Source: Eubacteriales bacterium
Lineage (GTDB): Bacteria; Bacillota; Clostridia; Oscillospirales; CAG-272
Reading direction: 5' to 3'
DNA length: 64,000 bases
Assembly: GCA_045660325.1 (NCBI GenBank)
Contig: JAZRDO010000023.1
Span: forward strand, 71,889-135,888
A program made the position numbers and the translations under genes. Positions 8,644 through 16,869 of this stretch are shown one piece after another. Numbering within the stretch: position 1 is the stretch's first letter; each line of letters starts with the position of its first letter. Under the pieces are notes generated by a model that did no database searches, had not been told where the DNA came from, and saw only the letters and a program-made list of their open reading frames with translations.

Positions 8644-8763
8644 TTTGAATATCCTTTTTGAAATGCGCACAAAATCCGCATTATATTTTTATCCATTATA
8701 GATTATACCACAAGCCTTATGCTTTTTCAAGTATATCTTACAATTATTTGCAAATTTACAGAC

Positions 8764-8790
8764 AAAAAAAGCGGCAGATTTCTCTGCCGC
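8764..8790 (-). terminator. intrinsic terminator after the acyltransferase gene
   Basis: GCGGCAGA-TTTC-TCTGCCGC hairpin followed on the minus strand by TTTTTTT. Confidence 0.8.
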
Positions 8791-8802
8791 TATAAAAATT
8801 AT

Positions 8803-10086
8803 TTATTCATGCTTTAAGCTCTTGTTTTCTTTATAGATCTTATAAGATTCCTCGGTCGCAAGTCGCGCCTTTGAAACAATATCTCGCTTCGTCTTCGGGA
8901 AGCAATAGTAGAGTCTTCCCTTGTCTGCCAAGCAAATAATATCGCCAAGCTCGTACCAGTTAAAGTCGGTATTAAGAGTATACGCCGCCTGCGGCTTCTG
9001 GAAAATTTCAAGCTTGCCGTCAAGTCCGCAAAGCCTTATACCTTCAGCTGTCTGGGATATCTCTCCCTCGCCAACTCGGTAAAGCGCCTTCGTATCAACA
9101 AGCATATAAATATCCACCTTGTCGGAGAGGCTGTACGAGCCTTCATCAAGCTCACGTCTTACGCACTCTCTCTCCCAGCCGTACCAATCGGGAACGTGGT
9201 TGAAGCGTCCGCCCTCGCCATCGTGAACGAGATAGCCGTATTCGTCAAGAGTGTATTTGTGTCCACACTCGGAGCAATAAATCTCGGCTCCCGCGCTTTG
9301 CATTACGCCCTCCGCCTCGCAGTGAGGACACTTGTAAAGAACGCGGTTGAGTCCTTCGGCGCGGAAGGGCTCGTCAATCTTGACCTTGTTTTCCTGCTGC
9401 CACTTGAAATAGTCAAGATCAAAGCATTTTTGAATGATCTCGTTTATCTCGGCAGCGCTCTTCTCCTTGATTTCCTCGGGGGAAAGTATGTATTTCATCT
9501 CGGCTGAAATATCAACCTTGCGTATCTGCAAATTATTGTAAAGAGGATCGCGGGCAAATGCGCCAAACGTCGTTATCATAACAACGGGTATATCAAGCAT
9601 CTTGATAAATCCCGCAAGGCTCTCGGGAATAACCGTGGGAGTTCCGTCAGGACTGTAGCACGCCTCGGGATACATAAGAACGGAGTGTCCATTCTTCTTC
9701 GTTACCTGTGACATAGTTCTTACAAGAGACAGGTCCGTAACGTATTTGTGAGTCGGTATACATCCGATCTGCTTCATAAGCCACTTTTTGCCCATAAGCG
9801 CGTCAAACGTGCATACGACGTTAAATTTTCTTGGGAAAAGCGACGCCGCCGCCATCTTCATATCCGTAAAGCTGGAATGGTTCATAAGAAAAAGCGCGGG
9901 CTCGCGTCTTCCAAGCTTGTCCATCCCTACCTTGCGAAGCTTATACTTGAATTTTATAAGCGTAGGCACGGCAAGGAGAAACATAAGCGTTCTCCAAAAT
10001 ATATTTACTTTCTTGGGTGGGTAGGATTTTTGCTGCTCAATTGCCAAAACCTCTTCATAGGTTTTATTTATAACCTTGATTTTCAT
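8803..10086 (-). CDS. lysophospholipid (PlsC-family) acyltransferase with a C-terminal zinc-ribbon region
   Basis: HX4D acyltransferase motif NHSSFTD, an N-terminal hydrophobic segment, and CPHCEAEG...CSECGHKY (CxxC-N15-CxxC). Start at ATG 10086 after AAGGGGA. Confidence 0.75.
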   Translation of the reverse strand: MKIKVINKTYEEVLAIEQQKSYPPKKVNIFWRTLMFLLAVPTLIKFKYKLRKVGMDKLGRREPALFLMNHSSFTDMKMAAASLFPRKFNVVCTFDALMGKKWLMKQIGCIPTHKYVTDLSLVRTMSQVTKKNGHSVLMYPEACYSPDGTPTVIPESLAGFIKMLDIPVVMITTFGAFARDPLYNNLQIRKVDISAEMKYILSPEEIKEKSAAEINEIIQKCFDLDYFKWQQENKVKIDEPFRAEGLNRVLYKCPHCEAEGVMQSAGAEIYCSECGHKYTLDEYGYLVHDGEGGRFNHVPDWYGWERECVRRELDEGSYSLSDKVDIYMLVDTKALYRVGEGEISQTAEGIRLCGLDGKLEIFQKPQAAYTLNTDFNWYELGDIICLADKGRLYYCFPKTKRDIVSKARLATEESYKIYKENKSLKHE

Positions 10087-10173
10087 AAAATTCCCCTTAA
10101 TGTTCATTTTTCCCAATTTTATTATACCACACTAAAACAAAAATTACAAGGTGCGGGGAAAAAGTTTACAAAA

Positions 10174-10197
10174 AGCGTGCCGCCGAAGCGACACGCT
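10174..10197 (-). terminator. intrinsic terminator after the low-GC islet gene
   Basis: AGCGTG-N12-CACGCT hairpin followed on the minus strand by TTTTGTAAACTTTTT. Confidence 0.55.
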
Positions 10198-10204
10198 AAA
10201 ACTC

Positions 10205-10840
10205 TCAAGATTCAAATTTTATTCCAAGTGTCTTTGCTAACTTTATCAACTCAACAGTTGATCCGGATAAGATACCACACTTATTACAAATTTTAATGGA
10301 TTTACCATTTTTCAACTGTACAAAAAAATACTCTTCTGCACCTATAATTGCCGCATATGGGAAAAGTTTTGATTCTGCGAATTGCATAATATAAGCACTA
10401 TCCTCAATACTTATATCCCGTATATAAATTTTCTTTTTATTTAATTTAAATAACCCATAAAAAACAATATATGACTCGTCAAAATTAACCATTAACGGTT
10501 TTCTTCTCTTTTTAGGCATATACACAATATTAAATACTGCATACCTTCCGCAAAACAAGTACATTAACACAGTCATTACTACTTGAATCAATAAAAAAAC
10601 AAAAAGCGTAACTCTAACACCCTGGGGTTCTATATTATTCAAGCCATTAGGTTTTCCAAATGCATCAGCCAACAAAAACAATAAGGTTTCCATTGTCCAT
10701 ACACCAAAGCACAACCAAAAAGGCAATGCAAAATATGTTGAATTTTTATGTTTATTACAAAGAAATACAATTTGCTTTATAAGAAAAATTAACCCTATTA
10801 TCGCAAAAACACGATATAGTTCAAAAATATTAAAATTCAT
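10205..10840 (-). CDS. hypothetical multi-pass membrane protein in a low-GC islet (possible immunity-type protein)
   Basis: The 224 aa ORF is about 211 aa from MNFNIFELY. Three to four hydrophobic helices (IIGLIFLIKQIVFL, FALPFWLCFGVW, VTLFVFLLIQVVMTVLMYLF) are followed by a soluble tail. Local GC is about 30% against about 50% in the flanks. I recognise no family. Confidence 0.55.
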   Translation of the reverse strand: MNFNIFELYRVFAIIGLIFLIKQIVFLCNKHKNSTYFALPFWLCFGVWTMETLLFLLADAFGKPNGLNNIEPQGVRVTLFVFLLIQVVMTVLMYLFCGRYAVFNIVYMPKKRRKPLMVNFDESYIVFYGLFKLNKKKIYIRDISIEDSAYIMQFAESKLFPYAAIIGAEEYFFVQLKNGKSIKICNKCGILSGSTVELIKLAKTLGIKFES

Positions 10841-10850
10841 AAAAATGCCT

Positions 10851-11060
10851 TTATACCTTATTAGAAATATAATTCGCAATGATATCAGATATTATTGTTG
10901 AAGATGCATAATTTATGCCACAAAAAATAAGCTCTCCAGTTAAACCCCTAAACTTATTCAAATACATATTGTGTCGCCTAATGCTAACAGCATTGTAGCT
11001 ATATTTTACCACAGTATTGCCCGAATTGTCAAGTATGGCTAAACAATCAAAAAACATCAT
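10851..11060 (-). pseudogene. degenerate RHS/YD-repeat-associated core-like stub (orphan polymorphic-toxin remnant?)
   Basis: The 69 aa ORF reads ...AILDNSGNTVVKYSYNA...NKFRGLTGELIFCGINYASSTIISDI. This resembles the RHS core tail pattern tDasGnvVxxYxYdA...NPFRFTGExxD...YYxRARYYDPxxGRFISxD but is decayed. There is no upstream repeat region. It overlaps the next ORF and has low GC. Confidence 0.35.
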
Positions 11061-11073
11061 TTATAACGACAAA

Positions 11074-11100
11074 TCCCCACAGTTTAAATAACTGCGGGGA
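11074..11100 (-). terminator. hairpin terminator after the M23 peptidase gene
   Basis: TCCCCACAG-N9-CTGCGGGGA, with T-rich tracts on both sides. Confidence 0.55.
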
Positions 11101-11137
11101 TTTTCAAGCTCAATAGCTTGTGCCGTTATATATATTC

Positions 11138-11875
11138 TTACTTTCCGCTGTCCTCGTAGGACTGATCCATACCGAGCTTATCCTTTACGTCCTTTGTAAA
11201 GTAATCCGCGGGATTGACCTCTACGCCGTCAACAGTCATTTCAAAGTGAAGGTGCGGCTCCTCTGCAAGCTCGGAGATCGCGCTCTCGCCTACGTTACCG
11301 ATCTTCTGACCGCGTTCAACCTTAGCCCCTACCTTGATATTCTCGGGAAGCTCAAGAGAAAGATTCTTATAGATCGTAAACACCTTACCGTCGTGAGAAA
11401 CCGCAACACACTTACCGAGAAGCGCATCGTCCCAAACTCTTGCGATCTCACCTGCCGCTGCAGCGTATACGGGAGCATCCTCACCCGTTACGATGTCAAG
11501 ACCGAGATGCACTCTGTATTCGCCGAGAGTGTCACTCCACACCTGAATAGATGCGTCGTGTCCCTTGGAAACCGTGCCCGTGGATACGGGAAGACTCAAG
11601 GTAAATTCCTCATCTCCGTTGCCCGATGCCTCGTTTGAGCCACCGTCATTGTAAAGAGGAGGAGTGTGCTGGTCGTTTGTTCCCTGTGTCTGCTTTTCGT
11701 CGTTAATAGAATCCTTGCCCGCATACTTTTTCTTTGCAACGTTGGTCGCAATGCTTACGGATGCGACGATCATAACTGCAACGCTGAGACAAACGAGAGA
11801 GGTCATAGCTCCCCTGTGTCTTAAAAGCTCGGCGCACTTTGCACCAAACTTGCTTTCCTTAATTTTTTTCCACAT
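11138..11875 (-). CDS. M23 family metallopeptidase (LytM/peptidoglycan DD-endopeptidase type), membrane anchored
   Basis: 245 aa. An N-terminal TM (LVCLSVAVMIVASVSIA) is followed by a C-terminal M23 core with HLGLDI...G and EPHLHFEM (HxH) motifs. Confidence 0.85.
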   Translation of the reverse strand: MWKKIKESKFGAKCAELLRHRGAMTSLVCLSVAVMIVASVSIATNVAKKKYAGKDSINDEKQTQGTNDQHTPPLYNDGGSNEASGNGDEEFTLSLPVSTGTVSKGHDASIQVWSDTLGEYRVHLGLDIVTGEDAPVYAAAAGEIARVWDDALLGKCVAVSHDGKVFTIYKNLSLELPENIKVGAKVERGQKIGNVGESAISELAEEPHLHFEMTVDGVEVNPADYFTKDVKDKLGMDQSYEDSGK

Positions 11876-11990
11876 ATTTAAATCTCCTTTTGTCCGCTAA
11901 AATTTGTAATTTCAACTACATTACGGCTACAGTCATATTATCTGCCGTAAATTCAAAATATATGCAAAGATTTTTGAAATTAAAACAAAC

Positions 11991-12014
11991 GGCGGGAGCA
12001 AGCCCCCGCCCTAC
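11991..12014 (-). repeat. GTAGGG-hairpin unit
   Basis: The minus strand reads GTAGGGCGGGGGCTTGCTCCCGCC, with a GGCGGG/CCCGCC stem, followed by GTTTGTTTTAATTT. It has the same architecture as 50179..50205 and 12222..12242. Confidence 0.5.
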
Positions 12015-12016
12015 GG

Positions 12017-12134
12017 TTATACTTTCGATAAGTTTTTTGAGTCCAGAACCTTTCTCATTAAAAGTACAGGGTGTGAAAATACCACACCCTTTATTTATAC
12101 TTTGGGTAAGTTCTTTGGAGTCCAGAACCTTTCT
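12017..12134 (+). repeat. imperfect tandem duplication, about 78 nt period
   Basis: TTATACTTTCGATAAGTTTTTTGAGTCCAGAACCTTTCT (12017-12055) matches TTATACTTTGGGTAAGTTCTTTGGAGTCCAGAACCTTTCT (12095-12134). This includes an exact 17-mer GAGTCCAGAACCTTTCT at 12039 and 12118. Confidence 0.8.
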
Positions 12135-12154
12135 TTCAAGAAAGGTTTTGGGAA

Positions 12155-12393
12155 GCGCAAAATTTACCGCACGTCAAACAGGGCGAGGAAATTTTGATGC
12201 AGAAGGCGGGATCGGGCAATCGTAGGCGTACGAGGGTACGCCAGAGAGCCCGAGCGCGACTAAAAAGCCACATGAAATGAAGAAACCCGCCAATCGGCGG
12301 GTTTCAACATCAGCAAAATTTAACTTCAAGTTTAAATTAAACTTAAGCTATTCTTTTTTGTGGCTTTTGCTCTGCGCAAAATTTACCGCACGT
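12155..12393 (+). repeat. segment bounded by a perfect 20-nt direct repeat
   Basis: GCGCAAAATTTACCGCACGT occurs at 12155-12174 and again at 12374-12393. The second copy abuts the DUF378 stop codon. A 20-mer match by chance in 64 kb is very unlikely. Confidence 0.85.
12284..12305 (-). terminator. probable intrinsic terminator of the FkbM-DUF378 operon
   Basis: AAACCCGCC-AATC-GGCGGGTTT, followed on the minus strand by TCTTCATTTCA. Confidence 0.55.
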
Positions 12394-12626
12394 TAGTGTT
12401 CCTCGATACGCTCGTACTTTTCCTCCTCCGTCCAAGGACGAACGAGCAAGGAAATGCACCAAAGAGCTGCAAGACCTACAAGAGAATAAACTATTCTCGA
12501 GAAGACCGCCTCCTGACCGCCGCCGATCCATGCAACGAAATCAAACTGGAAAAGGCCTATGCTACCCCAGTTGATACCGCCGATGACCGCAAGTGCGAGC
12601 GCGATCCTATCTATAATTCTCATCAT
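12393..12626 (-). CDS. DUF378 domain-containing small membrane protein
   Basis: MMRIIDRIALALAVIGGINWGSIGLFQFDFVAWI...IVYSLVGLAALW is the typical DUF378 GxNWG pattern. Start at ATG 12626 after AAGGAAGG. The longer track ORF adds an implausible N-terminus. Confidence 0.8.
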   Translation of the reverse strand: MMRIIDRIALALAVIGGINWGSIGLFQFDFVAWIGGGQEAVFSRIVYSLVGLAALWCISLLVRPWTEEEKYERIEEH

Positions 12627-12736
12627 TTTTATATACCTTCCTTTTCTTGAAAATACAAGGTTAAAATAAATTAAAAAAACTAATAACAGTCCTTTTTTGC
12701 TTTGGACTGTTATTAGTTTGTACATTTAAAATTTAA

Positions 12737-13861
12737 CTATTCAAGGGATTTTTTAACTGCATACAGATTTATATCCCACGCGGGAATGTAACGGAATCTA
12801 CGAAGATATAAGGAATATTCAGGATTCATTTCTTTTATAAATAAAGGAAGGGAGAAAATATCCGCGCTTCTGTGATAAAGTGAAACCAAAAGCGAGGGAG
12901 AATATTTCTTTATAGTTTCCGCCGATCCGCAAAGCGCCTCGTATTCCGAGCCCTCAACGTCATATTTTATATAATCAACACTCTCGCCGCAAAGAATATT
13001 GTCAAGCGAATCCGCCTCGATCTCAATGATTTTCTTTTTCCTTTGATTTATCGCGTCGGAAAACGCGGACGTGTTCTGTGTCATAGATGCATTTCGGTTT
13101 CCGCTTCCGTCAAAATAAAGCGTTTCACATCCACTCCACGCGCCGAGATTTCGCGGGATGATTTCAACGCCACAAACACCGCCTGCCCACTCGCAAAGCT
13201 TTCTGAAATTTCTCCTGTCGGGCTCAAAAGCTACAACGCGACGAAGATCATCAGCGTATCTCATAAGCTCGCGTATGGAATCCCCGTTATACGCGCCGAG
13301 ATCCGCGCTTGATTTAATGCTTGCGGCATTAAGAATCTCGTTATAGCACTCATCGACCGAGCTCTCGGCATCGCGAAGATAGGATATCTTGCCGTAAAGC
13401 TTATATTTTATTATGTTATCGTAAATACGGCGGGATTCTTCATCACAAAAAAGCTCTCTTGCCCTATTTATGCTATCAAGATTTTTCGTGTAAAATTCAA
13501 AATTAAAGATCTCGTCGCCGTAAACGGGTACGTCGGGAGCGTAAAGCTCGCATTCGTCGGCGATCTTGTAAATATTTTCGAGAACCTCGGGCAAGCTCGA
13601 CGCGAAGGACAAAAGAACTATAATATTGCCCGCGCCGTACTTTTCCTTCGTCTCGCTATATGACAGGACGCGCTTGCCGTGGAAAAAGTGACCGCGCACA
13701 AATCCGTCGGACGCGAAAAAGTCGGATATCTCAATGCCGTATCTCTCGGCAACCGAAATGATCTTGTCCGCGCCGTTGCCCATGCCGTAAAGAACTATTT
13801 TTTTGTCCGTGTCCTTCAAATATTCCCACAGGTCGGGATATTTTTCAATATTCTTGTACAT
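12737..13861 (-). CDS. FkbM family methyltransferase
   Basis: 374 aa. The C-terminal half has DLGAYNGDS (SAM-binding G-loop) and IDYIKYDVEGSEYEAL, characteristic of FkbM-type methyltransferases. Confidence 0.75.
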   Translation of the reverse strand: MYKNIEKYPDLWEYLKDTDKKIVLYGMGNGADKIISVAERYGIEISDFFASDGFVRGHFFHGKRVLSYSETKEKYGAGNIIVLLSFASSLPEVLENIYKIADECELYAPDVPVYGDEIFNFEFYTKNLDSINRARELFCDEESRRIYDNIIKYKLYGKISYLRDAESSVDECYNEILNAASIKSSADLGAYNGDSIRELMRYADDLRRVVAFEPDRRNFRKLCEWAGGVCGVEIIPRNLGAWSGCETLYFDGSGNRNASMTQNTSAFSDAINQRKKKIIEIEADSLDNILCGESVDYIKYDVEGSEYEALCGSAETIKKYSPSLLVSLYHRSADIFSLPLFIKEMNPEYSLYLRRFRYIPAWDINLYAVKKSLE

Positions 13862-13873
13862 ATCTTTTCCTTG

Positions 13874-13902
13874 TTGACAACTTAAATTTTTGATGCTATA
13901 AT
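13874..13902 (+). promoter_or_regulatory. sigma-A promoter of the HIT gene
   Basis: TTGACA (13874-13879), 17 nt spacer, TATAAT (13897-13902). Confidence 0.6.
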
Positions 13903-13949
13903 TAGTATAACATCAAACACAAAAAAAGTAAAGTGTAAGGAGTTAATTT

Positions 13950-14294
13950 ATGTGCGACAATTGTATTTTTTGTAAAATTATAAAGGGCGATATTCCCTCC
14001 TCCAAGGTTTTTGAAAACGAAAAGGTTTTCGCCTTCCGTGATATCAATCCCCAAGCGCCCACTCACGTGCTCGTAGTTCCCAAAAAGCATATTGAATCCG
14101 CCGACTGCATCAATGCCGACAACAGCCACTACGTTGCTGCTATTTTTGAGGCGATTCCCGAAATTGCAAAGGCAGTGGGACTTACGAACGGATACCGCGT
14201 GATTACCAACATCGGCGAGGACGGAGCGCAAACCGTAAAGCATATCCATTTCCATATCCTCGGCGGTAAGAAGCTTCCCGCAACTATTGTATAA
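13950..14294 (+). CDS. histidine triad (HIT) family nucleotide hydrolase
   Basis: 114 aa. CIFCKII...P.APTHVLVVPKKH...HIHFHILGG is the HxHxHxx HIT motif. RBS TAAGGAG. Confidence 0.92.
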   Translation: MCDNCIFCKIIKGDIPSSKVFENEKVFAFRDINPQAPTHVLVVPKKHIESADCINADNSHYVAAIFEAIPEIAKAVGLTNGYRVITNIGEDGAQTVKHIHFHILGGKKLPATIV

Positions 14295-14302
14295 TAAAGA
14301 AA

Positions 14303-14327
14303 AGCACTTGCGATGCAAGTGCTTTTC
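14303..14327 (+). terminator. intrinsic terminator after the HIT gene
   Basis: AGCACTTGC-GAT-GCAAGTGCT followed by TTTT. Confidence 0.75.
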
Positions 14328-14334
14328 TCGTCCA

Positions 14335-14363
14335 TTGACAAATTAGTGACATTGTGCTATAAT
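14335..14363 (+). promoter_or_regulatory. sigma-A promoter of the lipoprotein gene
   Basis: TTGACA (14335-14340), 17 nt spacer, TATAAT (14358-14363). Confidence 0.6.
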
Positions 14364-14394
14364 TATATTACAAAGAAAATATTGGGAGGTCTGT

Positions 14395-15255
14395 ATGAAA
14401 AGATTTTTTAAAATTATTAGCCTGACACTTGTGCTTGTTTTTGTTGCTTCAGCTATGCTTTCATTAGTATCTTGCGATGACGTTACGTACAAATTAAGAA
14501 CAGCCCCCGATCAAATTGAAGACAAAACGGGTAAGCTGACCGATGATATGAAGAGTGAGATACAGCTTGCATACTACGAAAGAAACAAAGAATATTCTTC
14601 TTCCCCAAGAGAAATCAAGGGAGTTTGCTACGGTGTATTTGACGACGCATATTGCTTGATTCTTACCAAGCCCGGTGTGCACTATTTGACAGCGGAGACC
14701 GAAATTGACGTGGCAAAATACACGTTTTGTTTTGGCGACTCAAACACTATGATCGTTTATTGCAACGGCGAATTTTATAGCTTGACGAAGGCTTATGAAA
14801 ACGGTATTTTAAACGATGCCGAGATTGAGGAGCTTTATTACTTCTATAATTTGACTAAATACGATGGTCGCAATCCGCATGCTCAAGATAAAGCTGACAT
14901 AAACTGGCATTTTTTACGTAATGAAAGCCAGATACAAAACGATTATTTTGAAAAAACATATCAGGAAAGCACCAAGGAATATTATAATTCTCCCGACCAG
15001 GTGAAAATAACGTGCTACGGAGTTTTTGACTACGAATATTTCTGCATAAAGGTTCATATACCTCCCTACGCATATGAAGAGTCATATCATGAATATACTA
15101 TTGGCAAATGGACCTTTGCAGCTGTCGATAGTGGAGATTGGATTATAGTTTATGCTCGCGGTGAATTTTACAGCCTCGCCGAGGCTTATGATATGGATTT
15201 ATTAAATAATACCGACATAGAAGCACTCCACGATTATATATACGGAGAAAATTAA
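14395..15255 (+). CDS. hypothetical lipoprotein with an internal two-fold domain duplication
   Basis: The signal peptide ends in the lipobox LVSC. Two ~120 aa halves share the pattern Y(F/Y)E...YxSSP/NSP..(I)K(G/I)xCYGVFDxxY...(K)(Y/W)TF...IVY(C/A)xGEFYSL(T/A)(K/E)AY(E/D)...L(N)...(I)E(E/A)L. Confidence 0.7.
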   Translation: MKRFFKIISLTLVLVFVASAMLSLVSCDDVTYKLRTAPDQIEDKTGKLTDDMKSEIQLAYYERNKEYSSSPREIKGVCYGVFDDAYCLILTKPGVHYLTAETEIDVAKYTFCFGDSNTMIVYCNGEFYSLTKAYENGILNDAEIEELYYFYNLTKYDGRNPHAQDKADINWHFLRNESQIQNDYFEKTYQESTKEYYNSPDQVKITCYGVFDYEYFCIKVHIPPYAYEESYHEYTIGKWTFAAVDSGDWIIVYARGEFYSLAEAYDMDLLNNTDIEALHDYIYGEN

Positions 15256-15265
15256 TCAAGCAAAA

Positions 15266-15297
15266 ATAACACCCACCGAGATTTCGGTGGGTGTTAT
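15266..15297. terminator. bidirectional terminator between the convergent lipoprotein gene and gdhA
   Basis: ATAACACCCACCGA-GATT-TCGGTGGGTGTTAT, a 14 bp stem with an A-run and a T-run on the two sides. Confidence 0.8.
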
Positions 15298-15302
15298 CTT
15301 TA

Positions 15303-16646
15303 TTAAATTACTCCCTGAGCCATCATAGCCTCGGCAACCTTCTTAAAGCCCGCGATATTCGCGCCCTTAACAAGATTGTAGCCAAAGCCGTATTCCTCGG
15401 CGGTGGAAGCCGCGTTGTCGTGAATGTTCTTCATAATAACCTTGAGCTTCGCGTCAACCTCTTCCCTGCTCCAGGAAAGTCGCTGACTGTTCTGCGACAT
15501 TTCAAGTGCGGAAACCGCAACGCCACCCGCATTTGCAGCCTTACCGGGCGCAACGTTTACGCCGTTTGCCTGCAAGTACTTTACCGCCTCGTTGGACGTA
15601 GGCATATTGGATGCCTCAACGTAATATTTGACACCGTTCTCAACGATCTTCTTTGCCAGATCAAGATCAACCTCATTTTGTGTAGCGCAAGGCATAAGGA
15701 TATCCGCCTTCACGCCCCAGGGCTTCTCGCCCGCGTAGAAAGGAAGGTCAAACTTCTTTGCAAAGTCCTCAATACCGAGATCTCTTGACTGACGGATAGT
15801 GAGCATATACTGAAGCATTTCGTCATTGATGCCGTTTTCAATATAAACGTAGCCCTTAGAGCCCGAGATCGTAATAACCTTCGCGCCAAGCTCTGTAAAT
15901 TTCTTTGCCGCGCCCCAAGCAACGTTACCGTAGCCCGAAATCACCGCAGTCTTACCCTCGAAGCTATCTCCAAAGCGCTCAAGCATGCTCTGTGCAAAAT
16001 AAACCGCACCAAAGCCCGTAGCCTCAGGACGAATAAGGCTACCGCCGTAAGAGAGGCCCTTACCCGTAAGAACGCCGTTTTCAAACGCGCCGCGAATTCT
16101 CTTATACTGACCGTAGAGGAAGCCAACCTCACGCGCACCTACGCCGATATCTCCTGCGGGAACGTCAACGTCAGGACCGATATGACGGTAAAGCTCTGTC
16201 ATAAAGGACTGGCAGAATCTCATAATTTCGTTATCACTTCTGCCCTTAGGATTGAAGTCGGAGCCGCCCTTACCGCCGCCGATAGGAAGACCTGTCAAGC
16301 TATTCTTCAAAATCTGCTCAAATCCGAGGAACTTCAAAATAGAAAGATTTACAGTAGGATGAAAACGAAGACCGCCCTTATACGGACCGATCGCGCTGTT
16401 ATACTGTACGCGGTAACCCTTGTTTACGTGAACCGCACCGTTATCGTCAACCCACGGAACTCTGAAAAGAATAATTCTCTCAGGCTCAATAAATCTTTCA
16501 AGAAGGCCTGCCTTTTCATATTCGGGATGCTTATCAAAAACCACCTCAAGAGATTCGAGTATCTCCTCGGCTGCCTGATGAAATTCAACCTCATTCGGAT
16601 TTCTTGCAATCAAATCCGCCATAACGCTCTTTACATAAGTGGACAT
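15303..16646 (-). CDS. gdhA: NADP-specific glutamate dehydrogenase
   Basis: About 447 aa. GGGKGG (the Glu/Leu/Phe/Val dehydrogenase active-site Lys region), the GYGNVAWG dinucleotide fold, and full-length GdhA-like sequence. ATG 16646 has AAGGAG 8 nt upstream. The track start is a GTG overlapping the RBS. Confidence 0.93.
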   Translation of the reverse strand: MSTYVKSVMADLIARNPNEVEFHQAAEEILESLEVVFDKHPEYEKAGLLERFIEPERIILFRVPWVDDNGAVHVNKGYRVQYNSAIGPYKGGLRFHPTVNLSILKFLGFEQILKNSLTGLPIGGGKGGSDFNPKGRSDNEIMRFCQSFMTELYRHIGPDVDVPAGDIGVGAREVGFLYGQYKRIRGAFENGVLTGKGLSYGGSLIRPEATGFGAVYFAQSMLERFGDSFEGKTAVISGYGNVAWGAAKKFTELGAKVITISGSKGYVYIENGINDEMLQYMLTIRQSRDLGIEDFAKKFDLPFYAGEKPWGVKADILMPCATQNEVDLDLAKKIVENGVKYYVEASNMPTSNEAVKYLQANGVNVAPGKAANAGGVAVSALEMSQNSQRLSWSREEVDAKLKVIMKNIHDNAASTAEEYGFGYNLVKGANIAGFKKVAEAMMAQGVI

Positions 16647-16708
16647 ATCTATCACTCCTTAACATCAATCTTTACACAGTATATGCCGTGCAAAAAAACT
16701 ATGGATAT

Positions 16709-16737
16709 ATTGTATCACAAAAATAAGTATTTTGCAA
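16709..16737 (-). promoter_or_regulatory. sigma-A promoter of gdhA
   Basis: On the minus strand: TTGCAA (16737-16732), 17 nt spacer, TACAAT (16714-16709), with a TG extension. Confidence 0.5.
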
Positions 16738-16834
16738 GAAATTTTTTATAAAATTTCATATTTTTTTGTATTTTTATAAAAAAACGAACTTTGCACAACG
16801 AAAATGCCAAAATTATCAATACAAAAAATCAAAA

Positions 16835-16855
16835 AGAGCGTGAATAACACGCTCT
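16835..16855 (-). terminator. intrinsic terminator ending the pur operon
   Basis: AGAGCGTG-AATAA-CACGCTCT, followed on the minus strand by TTTTTGATTTTTTG, 15 nt past the purL stop. Confidence 0.8.
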
Positions 16856-16869
16856 TTTTTAATATGAAA

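Noticed and set aside
11120-11638. A 172 aa plus-strand ORF opposite the M23 peptidase gene, and a 138 aa minus-strand ORF (13902-14318) opposite the HIT gene.
   Set aside because: Both are antisense to genes with unmistakable catalytic motifs (HxH of M23, HxHxH of HIT). They have no RBS or family features of their own.
12017-12393. Direct repeats in the 12 kb intergenic tract, considered as a miniature CRISPR array.
   Set aside because: There are only two copies of each repeat. The periods are unequal (78 and 219 nt), the repeats are not palindromic CRISPR-like 28-37-mers, and no cas genes lie nearby. It is reported instead as an unexplained repeat tract.
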